A DNA stretch of 64,000 nucleotides, from NCBI GenBank assembly GCA_965205505.1, contig CBDBHB010000009.1, positions 2,080,001 to 2,144,000 on the forward strand. The letters run 5' to 3'. Numbering within the stretch: the first letter of the stretch is position 1; every line of letters starts with the position of its first letter. Below, piece by piece: positions 50,130-61,348 of the stretch. The translations under genes were made by a program, and so were the position numbers. Origin of the DNA: Acidobacteriota bacterium. Its GTDB lineage: Bacteria; Acidobacteriota; UBA890; WLXD01. The notes below the pieces were generated by a model. It did no database searches and was not told the origin of the DNA. It worked only from the letters and a program-made list of their open reading frames with translations.

Positions 50130-50971
50130 CCGGCCGCACGACGTTGCTCAGACCGGCCGCGCAAGCGCTCGCTCCATTGGATGGGAATCCGGTATTGGCC
50201 CAGCCGTGTATCGCCGCGCCCCGGACCATGAAAGTCAGATCCCCCGGAGGGTAGCAAACCGAGCCTGTCACACAATTCCATCAGGCTGCGCTGGCGTCCC
50301 GGGGAATGCCGCGGATGGCGCACCTCAATGCCGTCGAGGCCTAGCTCGCCTAGCTCGCCGAGCAGCGTCGCGCGGACGCGGCTGCTTCCCGGGTGCGCGA
50401 CCACGGCGACGCCGCCTGCACGGTGAATCGTAGAGATGGCATCCGCCGCGCTCGTCGACTGTTTCGGCACGAATGCTGGCCGCCCGATGCCCAGGTAGCG
50501 GTCGAAGCCCTCCTGCGAGGCGGCTACAACCCCGGCTCGTACCAGCGCGGCTGCCATGTGCGGTCGTCCGATCGGGGCGCCCGCCGCGATGTCGGTGACC
50601 GCCTCGAGGTCGATCGAAACGCCGAGACTCTGGAGGCGCGCGACCATTACCTCGGCGCGCTCGGCGCGAAAAGACCGTTGGCGCTCGGCGAGCTCGCCGA
50701 GCTCTGGAGTTGCCGGTTCGATGAACAAGCCCAGCATGTGAACCTCACGCCCCCTCGCGTGGCAGGAAAGCTCGATGCCGGGGACTACCTCGACGTTCGT
50801 GCTGCTGGCGGCGCGCTGCGCCGGCCCCACGCCGTTGAGGGTGTCGTGATCGGTGATAGCAAGCGCGTCGAGCTCGGCTTCGACAGCCGCCGCCACCAAC
50901 TCCTCGGGTGTCAGAACGCCGTCCGAGCAAGTCGTGTGCGCGTGCAGGTCAGCCGATTGTTCACCAGACAT
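50126..50971 (-). CDS. PHP-domain phosphoesterase (TrpH/YciV-like)
   Basis: DLHAHTTCSDG, ITDHD, GRPH, AHP, GGSDFHG. Confidence 0.92.
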   Translation of the reverse strand: MSGEQSADLHAHTTCSDGVLTPEELVAAAVEAELDALAITDHDTLNGVGPAQRAASSTNVEVVPGIELSCHARGREVHMLGLFIEPATPELGELAERQRSFRAERAEVMVARLQSLGVSIDLEAVTDIAAGAPIGRPHMAAALVRAGVVAASQEGFDRYLGIGRPAFVPKQSTSAADAISTIHRAGGVAVVAHPGSSRVRATLLGELGELGLDGIEVRHPRHSPGRQRSLMELCDRLGLLPSGGSDFHGPGRGDTRLGQYRIPIQWSERLRGRSEQRRAAG

Positions 50972-51142
50972 GATTCGTCCACCAGGCGAGTCGGTGGCCC
51001 ACCCCAGTATGCGCCGCTGGCGAGTGTCCCGGAGCATGGAGCCGCGGTCAAGCCGAGCGCCGGGATTGGGCGGTGCCGGCTATAATTGTTGCCAGGGTCG
51101 AGAGGGCGTGACCTTTCTCATCCGCAGACGACGAGCGTTTTG

Positions 51143-52315
51143 ATGCCATCCGTGACCGAGGCCGTTGATCTCGGCCCGAGCCAAGACCAGGACCTGATCG
51201 CACAAAGCGTGCGGGAGTTCGCCGAAGCGGAGATTCGCCGCCATGTGCGCGCCTGGGATGAGGCGCAACAATTCCCGGACGAACTGCTGCGCCGCATGGG
51301 TGCGCTCGGTCTCATGGGCGTGATGGTGCCCGAGCAGTACGGCGGGGCGGGGATGGGCCCCCGGGAGCTCGCCACCGTGATCGAGGAGCTAGCGCGCGTC
51401 GACCCGTCGGTGGCGCTGTCGGTGGCCGCCCACAACGGACTCTGCATTGGGCACCTCATGATCGCCGCCGATGAGCACCAACGGCAACGCTACCTGCCCA
51501 GGCTGGCGACCGGTGAATGGATTGGCTGCTGGGGACTCACGGAGCCGCTCGCTGGTTCCGACGCGGCCGGCACGCAGACGCGCGCCGAGTTCGACGACTC
51601 GAGCGGCAAGTGGATTCTGAACGGCACCAAGACTTTCAACACCAATGGTGCCCGCGCAGACCTTGCCGTGATTCACGCGGTGACCTCCGCCGGCCACGGA
51701 AGCAAGGGAATATCGGCATTCGCTGTCGAGAGCGCTACCGCCGGCTACCACGTCGGTCGCAAGGAGGACAAACTCGGCATGCGCGCCAGCGACACGGTTG
51801 AGTTGGTGTTCGAGGAGTGCGCCGTGCCGGTAGAGAATCTGCTCGGCAAGCGAGACAGGGGTTTCATCGATGCGCTCAAGGTGCTCGACCGAGGTCGTAT
51901 CAGTATCGGCGCACTATCGGTCGGCATAGGACAAGCGGTGCTCGACGCGGCCGTCGACTACGCCCAAGAGCGACGACAGTTCGGACGTACGATTGACAGT
52001 TTCGAGGCCGTGCGCCACAAGTTGGCCCGCATGGGTGCCGAAGTCGGAGCGGCGCGCCTCATGGTGACGCGCGCGGCGATGCTGCGCGAGGCCGGCAGGC
52101 CGTTCAAGAGCGCTGCTTCGATGGCGAAACTCTACGCCTCCGAGGTTGGCATGCGCGCCGCAGAAGCCGCGGTCCAGATCCATGGCGGATACGGTTACGT
52201 GAAGGACTATCCGGTCGAGAAGTACTTCCGCGACGCTAAACTCTGCACCATCGGCGAAGGAACATCGGAGATCCAGCGAATGGTTATCGCGCGACAACTC
52301 ACCGCGGCAGTTTAA
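51143..52315 (+). CDS. Acyl-CoA dehydrogenase
   Basis: [35 protein letters not shown]; TATAAT at 51081. Confidence 0.95.
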   Translation: MPSVTEAVDLGPSQDQDLIAQSVREFAEAEIRRHVRAWDEAQQFPDELLRRMGALGLMGVMVPEQYGGAGMGPRELATVIEELARVDPSVALSVAAHNGLCIGHLMIAADEHQRQRYLPRLATGEWIGCWGLTEPLAGSDAAGTQTRAEFDDSSGKWILNGTKTFNTNGARADLAVIHAVTSAGHGSKGISAFAVESATAGYHVGRKEDKLGMRASDTVELVFEECAVPVENLLGKRDRGFIDALKVLDRGRISIGALSVGIGQAVLDAAVDYAQERRQFGRTIDSFEAVRHKLARMGAEVGAARLMVTRAAMLREAGRPFKSAASMAKLYASEVGMRAAEAAVQIHGGYGYVKDYPVEKYFRDAKLCTIGEGTSEIQRMVIARQLTAAV

Positions 52316-52319
52316 GAGG

Positions 52320-52742
52320 ATGTTCAACGCCATACCGGTGGGACCTCTCGATCACGTTGCAATCGCTGTTCACGACCTCGAGGCGGCGGCAAAGCGCCTC
52401 GGGGGGCCATTCGGTGTGGAGCTCTCGCATCGGGAAGAGATCGCTGACGCCGATGTGGAGGTCGGGTTCCTCGAGCTCCCCGGGCAGACGAGCATCGAGC
52501 TCGTTTGCCCGACGACCGACGACACACCGCTGGCGAGATTCCTTGGCCAACGCGGCGAGGCGCTACATCACATCTGTTTCCGAGTCGACGATGTGGTTGC
52601 TGCGCTGGCTGCCGCCAAGCGAGCCGGGCTCGATCTGATCGACCACAAACCACGTCCCGGAGCGCGCGGCTCGCGTATCGCGTTTCTGCACCCGCGGTCA
52701 GTCGGTGGCCTCCTAGTGGAGCTCAAGCAAAAGGCTCAGTAG
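52320..52742 (+). CDS. mce: Methylmalonyl-CoA epimerase
   Basis: LDHVAIAV, LHHICFRV, IAFLHP, LVEL. Confidence 0.85.
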   Translation: MFNAIPVGPLDHVAIAVHDLEAAAKRLGGPFGVELSHREEIADADVEVGFLELPGQTSIELVCPTTDDTPLARFLGQRGEALHHICFRVDDVVAALAAAKRAGLDLIDHKPRPGARGSRIAFLHPRSVGGLLVELKQKAQ

Positions 52743-52761
52743 GGCGGACTGGCGGAACCGG

Positions 52762-53949
52762 CTATTGGTCCTGGTCTTCGGCTCGCGGCTCAGGTCCGCG
52801 CTGGGGCGTGAATAACCGCACCGTGCCGTCGTTTTCGACGACAGCTACTGCACCTGGGCCTACTCCGGGCGGCAGACTGAGGTCGCTTGTGGCGGTCAAC
52901 AGCACGACGCGCGGAAATCCCGGATCCGCCGGGCTGATGGGGCGCAGCGGGCCGCGCACCAGGGTCCACGGCCCCGGCTGGGGGCTGGCGATAACCCATC
53001 GTCCCCAGACCACCAGGTCGGCATAGATGCGTCCCGCAAGCGGTACCCGATGCCTGTGGCTGCCGCCACCGATCGTATAGGCATGCAGCGCTGCATCGAG
53101 CCCGGCAACCCATACGAGATCGCCGACAACCGCCGGTGCACCCGCAACACGCACACCGATCTCCTTGCTCCTCCAGCGCCGCTTGCCGTTCTCGGCGTCG
53201 AGAGCGACGATCCGGTTATCGCTGGCAACGACGAAGAGCGTCCCCGCGATGGCGGTGGGCCGGGGCCCGCCGGCCTCGACGCTATCGCTGCTCCAGAGTA
53301 CCTGGCCGTCGCGCACGTTGAGGGCGTGGACGCGCCGGTCCGCCGTGACCACGAATATCCGCTGGTCGGGTGGGCTGGCGGTCAAAAAGCCAACGCCTTC
53401 CAGCTCCGTCCGCCAGACCGGCACGATGGTTGGCGTGCCCTCGTCATTGAGCCGTAAAGCGTAGACGCCAGCGGGATCCGCCACATAGATGCGTCGACCG
53501 ATAGTGGTGGTGTCGAGGGGAGTCGCCGCGATGGCGAGCGCGGTCTTGGTACGGCCGAGTGCATCGAGCCAAAGCCAACGTTCGTCGGTGGCGATGAGGA
53601 CGCCGTCGCTGATGGCGATCGGCGCCAGCGTGATCTCGGATGCCATGCGCAGCTGCCACAGCATGTTGCCGTTGTCCCGGTCACGAGCCAGCATCTGGGT
53701 CCCGTAGGCGATGAACACCGCGCTTGTGCCCAGCGCCGGTACCTGCGATGGTGCGTCCGGTTCGTCGTCGTTGTCGATGTCGAGCTCAGACTCGACTTTC
53801 CAGTGTTCGCGCAGCGCCACCGGTTCCACGTCCGCCGGTTCTACGCGCACGGGAATCGGTGCGAGGGGGTCGGTGATGCCCCCTGCGCCGCAGGCAGCTG
53901 ACAGGATGGCAAGCCCGAGCCCGAGCGAGGCCGGACGCAGCCAGCTCAT
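52762..53949 (-). CDS. PQQ-repeat beta-propeller lipoprotein (BamB-like)
   Basis: LSAACG lipobox; repeats ALNVRDGQVLW, ALDAENGKRRW. Confidence 0.8.
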   Translation of the reverse strand: MSWLRPASLGLGLAILSAACGAGGITDPLAPIPVRVEPADVEPVALREHWKVESELDIDNDDEPDAPSQVPALGTSAVFIAYGTQMLARDRDNGNMLWQLRMASEITLAPIAISDGVLIATDERWLWLDALGRTKTALAIAATPLDTTTIGRRIYVADPAGVYALRLNDEGTPTIVPVWRTELEGVGFLTASPPDQRIFVVTADRRVHALNVRDGQVLWSSDSVEAGGPRPTAIAGTLFVVASDNRIVALDAENGKRRWRSKEIGVRVAGAPAVVGDLVWVAGLDAALHAYTIGGGSHRHRVPLAGRIYADLVVWGRWVIASPQPGPWTLVRGPLRPISPADPGFPRVVLLTATSDLSLPPGVGPGAVAVVENDGTVRLFTPQRGPEPRAEDQDQ

Positions 53950-54839
53950 CGGGACCCCCACTGCAGCTTGGTGCGCAAGATATCGAAGTACGATCGCGGT
54001 ACCGGCTGCAGCAGGCGCACAGCTAGGGGAGACTTCCGAATGGTTACCGTCTCGCCGGCATACAGCTTGAAACCAGCCTGCCCATCCAGGGTGAGGATGA
54101 CCTCCTGATTACGCGATTCGTGGCGAATCTTCACTACCGCGTCACCTGGCAGCACGAGCGGGCGGTTAGTCAAAGTGTGCGGGCAAATGGGTGTCAGAAC
54201 GATCGCATCGACCTCTGGCATGACGATGGGGCCGCCAGCGGCGAGCGAATATGCGGTCGAGCCGGTTGTAGTGCAAACGATCAGACCGTCGGATGCGAAC
54301 GAGCTCACCAGATCGTCGTTGACCATGGCAGTAAGCTCGACGATCCGCGCCAGGTCGGTCTTGTTGATTACCGCATCGTTGAGCACGTCATGCTTCACTG
54401 GCTGGTCGCGTGCCGCGCCCTCGAGCTCAGCGCGAAGCATGCTTCGCTCGCTGCTGATGTAGTGTCCGTCGAGGACGCTCTCGGTCGCCTCGATGAGCTC
54501 ATCGCGCGGGGTGGCGGTAAGGAACCCGAGACCGCCGTAGTTGACCCCGAGCACGGGGACACCAGCAGCCGCCGCGAACCGCGCAATCGACAGCAACGTA
54601 CCGTCGCCACCGAGTACCACCAGCAAGTCGACCCCAGCGGCGAGCGCTCGTCGCTCTGTACCACTATCACCAGTCTCCAGCATGCTGGCGGCTTCGATAT
54701 CGAGCTGTACCTCGATGTTGCGAGCGTCCAGCCGCTCGAGCAGACCTTGGAGGGCGCGAGCCACGCTGGGGTTGCTGCCCTTCGCAACGATCCCGATGCG
54801 CCGGAAGCTCGTCGAGACGGCCGCGGCACCGTCAATCAT
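53946..54839 (-). CDS. nadK: NAD kinase
   Basis: LGGDGT, LND, TTTGSTAYSLAAGG. Confidence 0.95.
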   Translation of the reverse strand: MIDGAAAVSTSFRRIGIVAKGSNPSVARALQGLLERLDARNIEVQLDIEAASMLETGDSGTERRALAAGVDLLVVLGGDGTLLSIARFAAAAGVPVLGVNYGGLGFLTATPRDELIEATESVLDGHYISSERSMLRAELEGAARDQPVKHDVLNDAVINKTDLARIVELTAMVNDDLVSSFASDGLIVCTTTGSTAYSLAAGGPIVMPEVDAIVLTPICPHTLTNRPLVLPGDAVVKIRHESRNQEVILTLDGQAGFKLYAGETVTIRKSPLAVRLLQPVPRSYFDILRTKLQWGSR

Positions 54840-55638
54840 CGGGTATCTCTAGCTGGTCGAGCCAGCGCGTATCTCCGGCAGCGACCGCACCCGGCTCGCG
54901 GCCGAGGTGGAGGAAGCACTCCCAGTTCCCACGTGGTCCCCGTAGAGGGCTCGGATAGGCACGATGTACGCGCCAACCAAGCTCCCGAGCTCCGGCGGCC
55001 ACAGCCTGAACCGTGCGCTGGCGGATGTCCGCGGAACGCACGACTCCGCCACGCTCGACGTCGTTGGGGCCGGCTTCGAACTGTGGCTTTACTAGTACGA
55101 GCGCCTGGCATCGAGGGTCACTCAGGTGGGTTGTCGCGGGGAGTATTTTGAGCAAACCTATGAAGGATACGTCGACGGTGAGCACCGTGATTGCCCCCGG
55201 GAGCTCGCGTGGCAATGATTCGGCGGTAAGGTGACGTGCATTGGTGCGCTCCAGGACGTGCACGCGCGTATCCTGACGGAGCTTCCATGCGAGTTGACCG
55301 TATCCAACGTCGACTGCCACGACCGCTGCGGCGCCGTGCTGCAGGAGGCAATCGGTGAAGCCTCCTGTGGAAGCGCCCACGTCGAGGCACGTTGCCGCGG
55401 ATATGTCGATGCCGGAGGCCGCGAGGGTCGGCTCCAGCTTGTCGCCGCCACGGCTGACGTAGCGCGGTGCCTTCGCGACCGCGAGGGTTGCCGCGGTTTT
55501 GACTGGCGTCCCGGGCTTGTGAACCGCGTGCCCGTCAACTCGAACTTGGCCGGCAAGGACGAGGCGACGCGCCATGCTACGGCTGGCCACGAGACCGCGA
55601 TCGACGAGCGCCTGATCGAGTCGGACGGGCGCAGCCAC
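54832..55638 (-). CDS. tlyA: TlyA-family rRNA methyltransferase
   Basis: RLDQ, YVSRGGDKL, DVGASTGGFTD, LVKPQFE. Confidence 0.95.
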   Translation of the reverse strand: MAAPVRLDQALVDRGLVASRSMARRLVLAGQVRVDGHAVHKPGTPVKTAATLAVAKAPRYVSRGGDKLEPTLAASGIDISAATCLDVGASTGGFTDCLLQHGAAAVVAVDVGYGQLAWKLRQDTRVHVLERTNARHLTAESLPRELPGAITVLTVDVSFIGLLKILPATTHLSDPRCQALVLVKPQFEAGPNDVERGGVVRSADIRQRTVQAVAAGARELGWRVHRAYPSPLRGPRGNWECFLHLGREPGAVAAGDTRWLDQLEIPDD

Positions 55639-56564
55639 TAGCTCGTGCGGTCGACGATCAGTCGGGCCAGGCCGCGTAGCGCGGCGGCCTCGGCTCCGAA
55701 GCGTCCCAACGCCGCGATCGCCGTTTCGCGCAAGCACGTCGCTTCGGCACGCGCCGCCTCGACACCGATCAGGGCCGGAAACGTGGGCTGACCGCGCGCC
55801 GCGTCGCCGCCTGGTCGCTTGCCCAGCTCATCGATGTCGCCTTCCACATCGAGCAAGTCGTCCACTACCTGAAAGGCGAGGCCGATGGAGTCGCCGTAAC
55901 GCTCGAGCGCATCACATTCGGCGTCGCTGGCGGCCCCGACCAGGCCGCCACAGACTACCGCGGCGGTGAGCAACGCCCCGGTCTTTGCAGCATGCAGACC
56001 GCGCAACGCTGGCAGCGCGATCGGCTCGCCGGTAGCCTCGATGTCTAATGTTTGGCCGCCGCACATGCCGATGCTGCCTGCGGCAGTTGCGACTCGCCGC
56101 GTCGCCGCCATCCATCCGTGAGGATTCGTGGCGTCGCTTGCGGCCTTCAGCAGGGTCTCGAACGCCAACGCTTGCAATGCGTCACCGGCGAGAATCGCGA
56201 CCGCCTCCCCGAAGACCACGTGACACGTTGGTTGACCGCGCCGGAGCTCCTCGTTGTCGAAGGCCGGGAGATCGTCGTGGATGAGCGAATAGGTGTGGAT
56301 CAGCTCGATGGCGCAGGCTGCCGCCAGTACCTCCGATGGTTCCACATTGCATGCGCGACCGGCCGCGATGGTCAGTAGCGGGCGAAGTCGCTTGCCGCCG
56401 CCGAGGGCGGAATGACGCATGGCGCGGTGCAGGCTCTGCGGCTCACGGTTGGCCGCCGGTAGCAGGTGTTCGAGCTCGTCGTCGACGCGCACTCTCTCTT
56501 GCGCAACGAACTCCCGGAGGTCGAAATCGGCACCGGCCGTAGTGGGTTCTGGCTCAACCATCAC
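55638..56564 (-). CDS. ispA: Polyprenyl (farnesyl) diphosphate synthase
   Basis: GGKRLRP, SLIHDDLP, FQVVDDLLD. Confidence 0.92.
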   Translation of the reverse strand: MMVEPEPTTAGADFDLREFVAQERVRVDDELEHLLPAANREPQSLHRAMRHSALGGGKRLRPLLTIAAGRACNVEPSEVLAAACAIELIHTYSLIHDDLPAFDNEELRRGQPTCHVVFGEAVAILAGDALQALAFETLLKAASDATNPHGWMAATRRVATAAGSIGMCGGQTLDIEATGEPIALPALRGLHAAKTGALLTAAVVCGGLVGAASDAECDALERYGDSIGLAFQVVDDLLDVEGDIDELGKRPGGDAARGQPTFPALIGVEAARAEATCLRETAIAALGRFGAEAAALRGLARLIVDRTS

Positions 56565-56814
56565 CAGTCTCGGCGGGAGCCCCCAGCGGCGTGGTGAGCG
56601 GCTCTCCCTCGAGATCGCGAGTCAGGAGCTCGAGCTTGGCTTCGACCCCGGTAAGTCGATCGCGGCAGGCACGGAACAGTCCCACGGCGCGCTCGTATAC
56701 CTCGAGTGCCTGTTCGAGCGGGATATCACCCTCCTCTAACTCACGTGCCAGACTCTCGAGTTGTTCGAGAGCGGCGTCGAAGCCGAGGTCATCGGCGGGA
56801 GGTTCGGCAGACAT
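56554..56814 (-). CDS. xseB: Exonuclease VII small subunit
   Basis: FDAALEQLE...LEEGDIPLEQALEVYE. Confidence 0.92.
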   Translation of the reverse strand: MSAEPPADDLGFDAALEQLESLARELEEGDIPLEQALEVYERAVGLFRACRDRLTGVEAKLELLTRDLEGEPLTTPLGAPAETGDG

Positions 56815-56838
56815 GATCAGGACACTAACACCTGCTAG

Positions 56839-57109
56839 CAGGCCGTGGAGAAAGTGTGGTGGGTCTGGCAACAGGGTCTTGCGAAGTGGAGGCAAGGAGA
56901 GAGGACGAGGCGATGGTTGCCCCATCGTTGACGAGGAACGACGCAGCATACGCGCGCAACCCCCTGTCGCCCGAAGGGTTACGGCGATTTGGGGCCATTT
57001 GCGGCGTTGGCCTTCCTCGACGATGGCTAGGGCATCGCCAGTGTCAGGCCGCCTTGCATCTGGCCCCAACTCGCCGTAACCAGACCCATCACACTTTCAC
57101 CACGGCCTG
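56839..57109. mobile_element. Complete 271-bp MITE
   Basis: ~30-bp inverted ends CAGGCCGTGGAGAAAGTGTGGTGGGTCTGG; CTAG on both flanks (56835-56838, 57110-57113); no credible coding content. Confidence 0.85.
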
Positions 57110-58483
57110 CTAGCTCTTCGTCGAGTGCGCCACTACTTCACAGTCTAGCCACCCACGACGTACGGTCACGGAAACCCGGTCGCCGTTGGCCACACGCTCT
57201 GCGTCGCGTACCAATGCCCCCGACGCATCCTGACAAAGGGCGTATCCTCGCCCAAGAACCGCCAGCGGACTCATCGCCTCGGTTCGGGCGGCCGTCGAAG
57301 CAAGCCGCTCTCGGGCGCTGTGTAGGCGCCCGCGCATCATCGTCTGTAGTGCTTCTGAAGCGGTATGCAATCGGGCGGCTCGGTGCTCGGCAACGCGTTG
57401 AGGCGAATGGCGGCCGGTGCGCGACGCGGCAGCTTCGAGCCGAGCACGTCCAGCTTCGAGCTGGCGTCGGACGGATGCGCCGGTACTCGACCAGGCCGCG
57501 TCCAGTCGCTGGTGATAGGCAGTCAGCCTTCGCTCCGGGCGCTCGAGCGCGCGTCTCAGAAAGTTATCCTGTAGCCGCTCGCGGGCCTGTCGGGCACGGC
57601 GGTCAACGGCGGATTCTGCCCGCCGGGCCGCACCGCGCAGCCGGCGCACAAGATCGCTACGGGCCGGCGCGACGATCTCGGCCGCGGCGGTGGGAGTCGC
57701 GGCGCGACGATCACCGATCAAGTCGGCGATCGTGACGTCGATCTCGTGTCCGACAGCACTGATCACCGGGATTCGCGAGGTGACGATGGCCCGCGCCACC
57801 CGTTCATCGTTGAATGCCCCTAGATCTTCGCGCGAACCGCCACCGCGTCCGACGATCATCACGTCGGCTTGGCCGTGCTGATTCAGCAGCTCGATCGCGG
57901 CAACGATGTCTCCTGGGGCGCGATCACCCTGCACTGTTGCCGGCACCAGTAGAACGCGCATCCCGACCTGGCGACGCTCCCAAACCCGTGTCATGTCGTG
58001 CCAGGCAGCTCCGTCCGGACTGGTTACCACACCGACGCACCTCGGCAGCAAAGGAAGGGTGCGTTTGCGCTGCTCGTCGAACAGTCCCTCGGCCGCGAGC
58101 CTGCGCTTGAGTTGCTCGAATGCGAGTTGTTGTGCGCCCCAACCTCGGGGTTCCAGGAGGTTGGCGATCAGCTGGAATCGGCCGGCACGGACGAACAGCG
58201 AAAGACGGCCGAAGGCCGTGACCTCGAGGCCCTCTTCGACCTCGAACGCGACGCCGATGTTGTCGCTGCGAAACATCGCTACCGGCAAGACTGCGTGCTC
58301 GTCCTTGAGATCGAAGTACCAATGTCCGCTTGCCTGTGCGCGGAAGTTGGAAACCTCGCCCTGCACCCATACGGCGGAGTATGTGGTCTCCAGGCACCAC
58401 TTGGCGTCTTCGACCAGGTCGCTGACCGACCATACGCGACGATCCGCCGCGCCAGTGAGCGGTAGCGCCCCCTGGTTGGTCAC
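57110..58483 (-). CDS. xseA: Exonuclease VII large subunit
   Basis: WVQGEVSNF, SGHWYF, RGGGSREDL, VGHEID, TPTAAA. Confidence 0.95.
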   Translation of the reverse strand: MTNQGALPLTGAADRRVWSVSDLVEDAKWCLETTYSAVWVQGEVSNFRAQASGHWYFDLKDEHAVLPVAMFRSDNIGVAFEVEEGLEVTAFGRLSLFVRAGRFQLIANLLEPRGWGAQQLAFEQLKRRLAAEGLFDEQRKRTLPLLPRCVGVVTSPDGAAWHDMTRVWERRQVGMRVLLVPATVQGDRAPGDIVAAIELLNQHGQADVMIVGRGGGSREDLGAFNDERVARAIVTSRIPVISAVGHEIDVTIADLIGDRRAATPTAAAEIVAPARSDLVRRLRGAARRAESAVDRRARQARERLQDNFLRRALERPERRLTAYHQRLDAAWSSTGASVRRQLEAGRARLEAAASRTGRHSPQRVAEHRAARLHTASEALQTMMRGRLHSARERLASTAARTEAMSPLAVLGRGYALCQDASGALVRDAERVANGDRVSVTVRRGWLDCEVVAHSTKS

Positions 58484-59274
58484 CGCGAGCTTGCCAGCGG
58501 TGGATCGATGATTTGATGAATACTGAGTGCGCGACCTGTCGCAGGGTCGGCCTCGACAACAACGCCCGCTACGCAGAGGTTGCCATTGGCCACCTGGAAG
58601 CGCACCGGCCGCGCGCTCAACAAACGTTCGATGGCCAGGTCGGGCCGCGTTCCGATGACCGAGTCGTACGGACCTGTCATTCCGACGTCGGTGCAGAACG
58701 CCGTGCCACCCGGAAGGATGCGGGCGTCGGCTGTGGGCACGTGCGTGTGGGTTCCCAGTACAGCAGTGACCCGACCATCGCAGTACCAACCCATGGCCAG
58801 CTTCTCGGACGTCGCTTCGGCATGCATGTCGAGCAGGACGATGCGGGCACGTCCACCTATTTCGTCCAAAATCCGATCAATCGCCTGGAACGGGCAGTCG
58901 AGCGCCGGCATGAAGACTCTGCCCTGGAGGTTGACTACGGCGACCTCGACCCCGCGACGGCTGCGGCCCAGGAACAAGCCACTGCCGGCACTTGGAGCTG
59001 GATAATTGTCGGGACGCAGCAGGCGTGTCTCGGAGCGCAAATACCCTTCGATCGCTCCTTGCGCCCAAATGTGATTGCCGCTCGTGATCACGTCAACACC
59101 GAGTGCCAGGATCTGGTCGGCCATTGCCGGCGTGATGCCGCGGCCGCCCGCCGAGTTCTCGCCGTTAACGATCGTGAAGTCCACCTGCCACTGGCGCTGC
59201 AATGGTCCGAGCCGCTCGGCGAGTACCTGACGCCCAGGCTTTCCCACCACGTCACCGAGGAACAGGAGCTTCAA
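58480..59274 (-). CDS. ymdB: YmdB-family metallophosphoesterase
   Basis: [30 protein letters not shown]. Confidence 0.93.
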   Translation of the reverse strand: MKLLFLGDVVGKPGRQVLAERLGPLQRQWQVDFTIVNGENSAGGRGITPAMADQILALGVDVITSGNHIWAQGAIEGYLRSETRLLRPDNYPAPSAGSGLFLGRSRRGVEVAVVNLQGRVFMPALDCPFQAIDRILDEIGGRARIVLLDMHAEATSEKLAMGWYCDGRVTAVLGTHTHVPTADARILPGGTAFCTDVGMTGPYDSVIGTRPDLAIERLLSARPVRFQVANGNLCVAGVVVEADPATGRALSIHQIIDPPLASSR

Positions 59275-60842
59275 TGGGCGATCTCCACCGCTCGGGTCTC
59301 ACGGATAACCGTGACTTTGATCTCGCCGGGATACTGCACTTCGCGCTGGATGCGATTCGCGATATCGCGCGAAAGCCAGATCGACTCGATGTCGCTGACC
59401 TTGCCGGATTCGACGATGATACGCAGCTCGCGCCCCGCCTGAATGGCGTAGGATTTGGCAACCCCGCGGAACGAATCGGCGATCTGTTCGAGCTTTTGCA
59501 AACGCTTCACGTACGTCTCGAGCATGTCGCGTCGCGCACCCGGGCGGGCTGCCGATAACGCGTCTGCGGCTTGTACGATGACCGCCTCTACGGTGGCCGG
59601 CTCGACGTCGAAATGGTGTGCCTCCATCGCGTGTACGACCTCCTTGGATTCGCCGTACTTGCGAAGCAACTTGATACCTATCTGCAGATGCGTCCCTTCT
59701 ATTTCTTGGTCGACAGCTTTGCCGACGTCATGCAATAGCCCGCCGCGGCGTGCAACCGTGTGGTCGGCGCCGAGCTCGGCCGCGATGATGCCCGAAATCG
59801 TCGCGACTTCGATCGAATGGCGAAGCACATTCTGACCATACGAGGTACGGAATTTCAGCATGCCGAGGAGGCGAAGTAACTCCGGCGCCATGTCGTGAAT
59901 GCCGATCTCGGTCGCGGCGCTGGTCCCATCGACGAGGATCTGCTCTTCGATCTCCTCACGCACCCTTTGCACGACCTCCTCGATCCGGGCCGGGTGAATG
60001 CGACCGTCCGAAACCAGCCGATCCAACGCGAGTTTCGCAATCTCGCGCCGGAAGGGATCGAAGCTCGAGATCAGCACGGCCTCCGGCGTGTCGTCGACGA
60101 TCAGGTTGACACCCGTCATCATCTCGAACGCACGAATATTGCGGCCTTCTCGCCCGATTACGCGCCCCTTCATATCATCCGAGGGCAGCGCTACGACGGA
60201 CACGGTGTTCTCGGCCACGTGGTTGCTGGCGCACCGTTGGATTGCCGTTGCCACGACGCGGTTGGCTTCCCGAGTGGCGTTGGTCTTGGCCTCGTCGATA
60301 ATGCGAGTTGCTTGCCGTGCCCCTTCTTCCTTTGCCTCGCGTGCCATCGCTCGAACCAACTGCGCTTTGGCGTCCTCGCGGTGGTAGTGCGCAGCTTTCT
60401 CGAGTTGTGTCACAGCTTCGTCACGACGCTGCGCGGCCTCTTCGCGCAACAGGTTCACGTCGCGCTCCCTGCCCTGCAGGCGGTCGTCATAGTGTTTGAG
60501 CTTGCGCTCACGCTCGTCGATTCGGTTGGCGCGTCGCTCGAGCGACTCTTGCCGCTCGTGTATGCGTGCCTCGGCCTCGGCCATGTGTTGACGGCGCTCG
60601 CGCGACTCGGCATCAAGTGCCTGGCGCTCGGCGTGGAGCTGTTCGCGCCCTTCTATGCGCGTTTCCTTCAGCAGCACAGCTGCCTGAAGTTCAGCGTCCT
60701 CGATGAGCCGCCCGGCTTTGCCTCGTGCCCTGCCCAGGTCCTCTCGGGCGCCGGGCCGTCCGCGCATGAAGAACCAAACGATGACAACAAGAACCGCGAG
60801 GCCTGCGATTGTGCCCGCCCCTGCGATGAACTCCTGCGACAT
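59271..60842 (-). CDS. rny: Ribonuclease Y
   Basis: N-terminal TM helix, coiled coil, KH domain ([11 protein letters not shown]), HD domain (LLHDVGK). Confidence 0.97.
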   Translation of the reverse strand: MSQEFIAGAGTIAGLAVLVVIVWFFMRGRPGAREDLGRARGKAGRLIEDAELQAAVLLKETRIEGREQLHAERQALDAESRERRQHMAEAEARIHERQESLERRANRIDERERKLKHYDDRLQGRERDVNLLREEAAQRRDEAVTQLEKAAHYHREDAKAQLVRAMAREAKEEGARQATRIIDEAKTNATREANRVVATAIQRCASNHVAENTVSVVALPSDDMKGRVIGREGRNIRAFEMMTGVNLIVDDTPEAVLISSFDPFRREIAKLALDRLVSDGRIHPARIEEVVQRVREEIEEQILVDGTSAATEIGIHDMAPELLRLLGMLKFRTSYGQNVLRHSIEVATISGIIAAELGADHTVARRGGLLHDVGKAVDQEIEGTHLQIGIKLLRKYGESKEVVHAMEAHHFDVEPATVEAVIVQAADALSAARPGARRDMLETYVKRLQKLEQIADSFRGVAKSYAIQAGRELRIIVESGKVSDIESIWLSRDIANRIQREVQYPGEIKVTVIRETRAVEIAH

Positions 60843-60867
60843 GTCACCCCCTCCGGGCTCCGGAGGC

Positions 60868-61022
60868 GACAGACGAGTCTATGGGCGATCTAGGGCGTTC
60901 GAGGCTTCGGTGCAGCCACGTATCGGGCAGACAGGCGAAAGGTGCGCCGTGCAGGGAGCGGAGGTTCAACCAGCGAGCGACTGTCGCGCTTGCAATCCTC
61001 CACAGATGCACTCGTCAGGGCG
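60868..61022 (-). ncRNA. ssrS: 6S RNA (boundaries approximate)
   Basis: Between zapA and rny, the usual locus; closing stem GACGAGU/ACUCGUC and internal UUGAACC. Confidence 0.7.
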
Positions 61023-61039
61023 TTTTACCGTTCGTTGCC

Positions 61040-61348
61040 TCATTTGTCGAGTGGCCGTCCGAGTTCCTCGTTCACCGGTTCGAGAACCTGGCCTAGTTCC
61101 TGCGCCAGGTCTCGCGTTCGTTCATTGACTTCGTTCTGATATTTCTCTAGAGCCGTGTGGGTTCGGTAGTAATCGTCAGCAATGTTAAGCGCCGCCAGCA
61201 CGGCGACGCCCAGAGCATCCCCGGGCCCCACTCGCTCTTCCATCTGCCGCATCCGGCTGTCGACGTAGCGAGCAAGGACCCGGATCGTGTTCGGATCATG
61301 TTCGCCTCTTATGTTATAGCTGCGACCGAGAATATCAACGGTGGTCAT
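61040..61348 (-). CDS. zapA: Cell division protein ZapA
   Basis: VDILGRSYNI, ARYVDSRM, AVLAALNIADDY. Confidence 0.9.
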   Translation of the reverse strand: MTTVDILGRSYNIRGEHDPNTIRVLARYVDSRMRQMEERVGPGDALGVAVLAALNIADDYYRTHTALEKYQNEVNERTRDLAQELGQVLEPVNEELGRPLDK

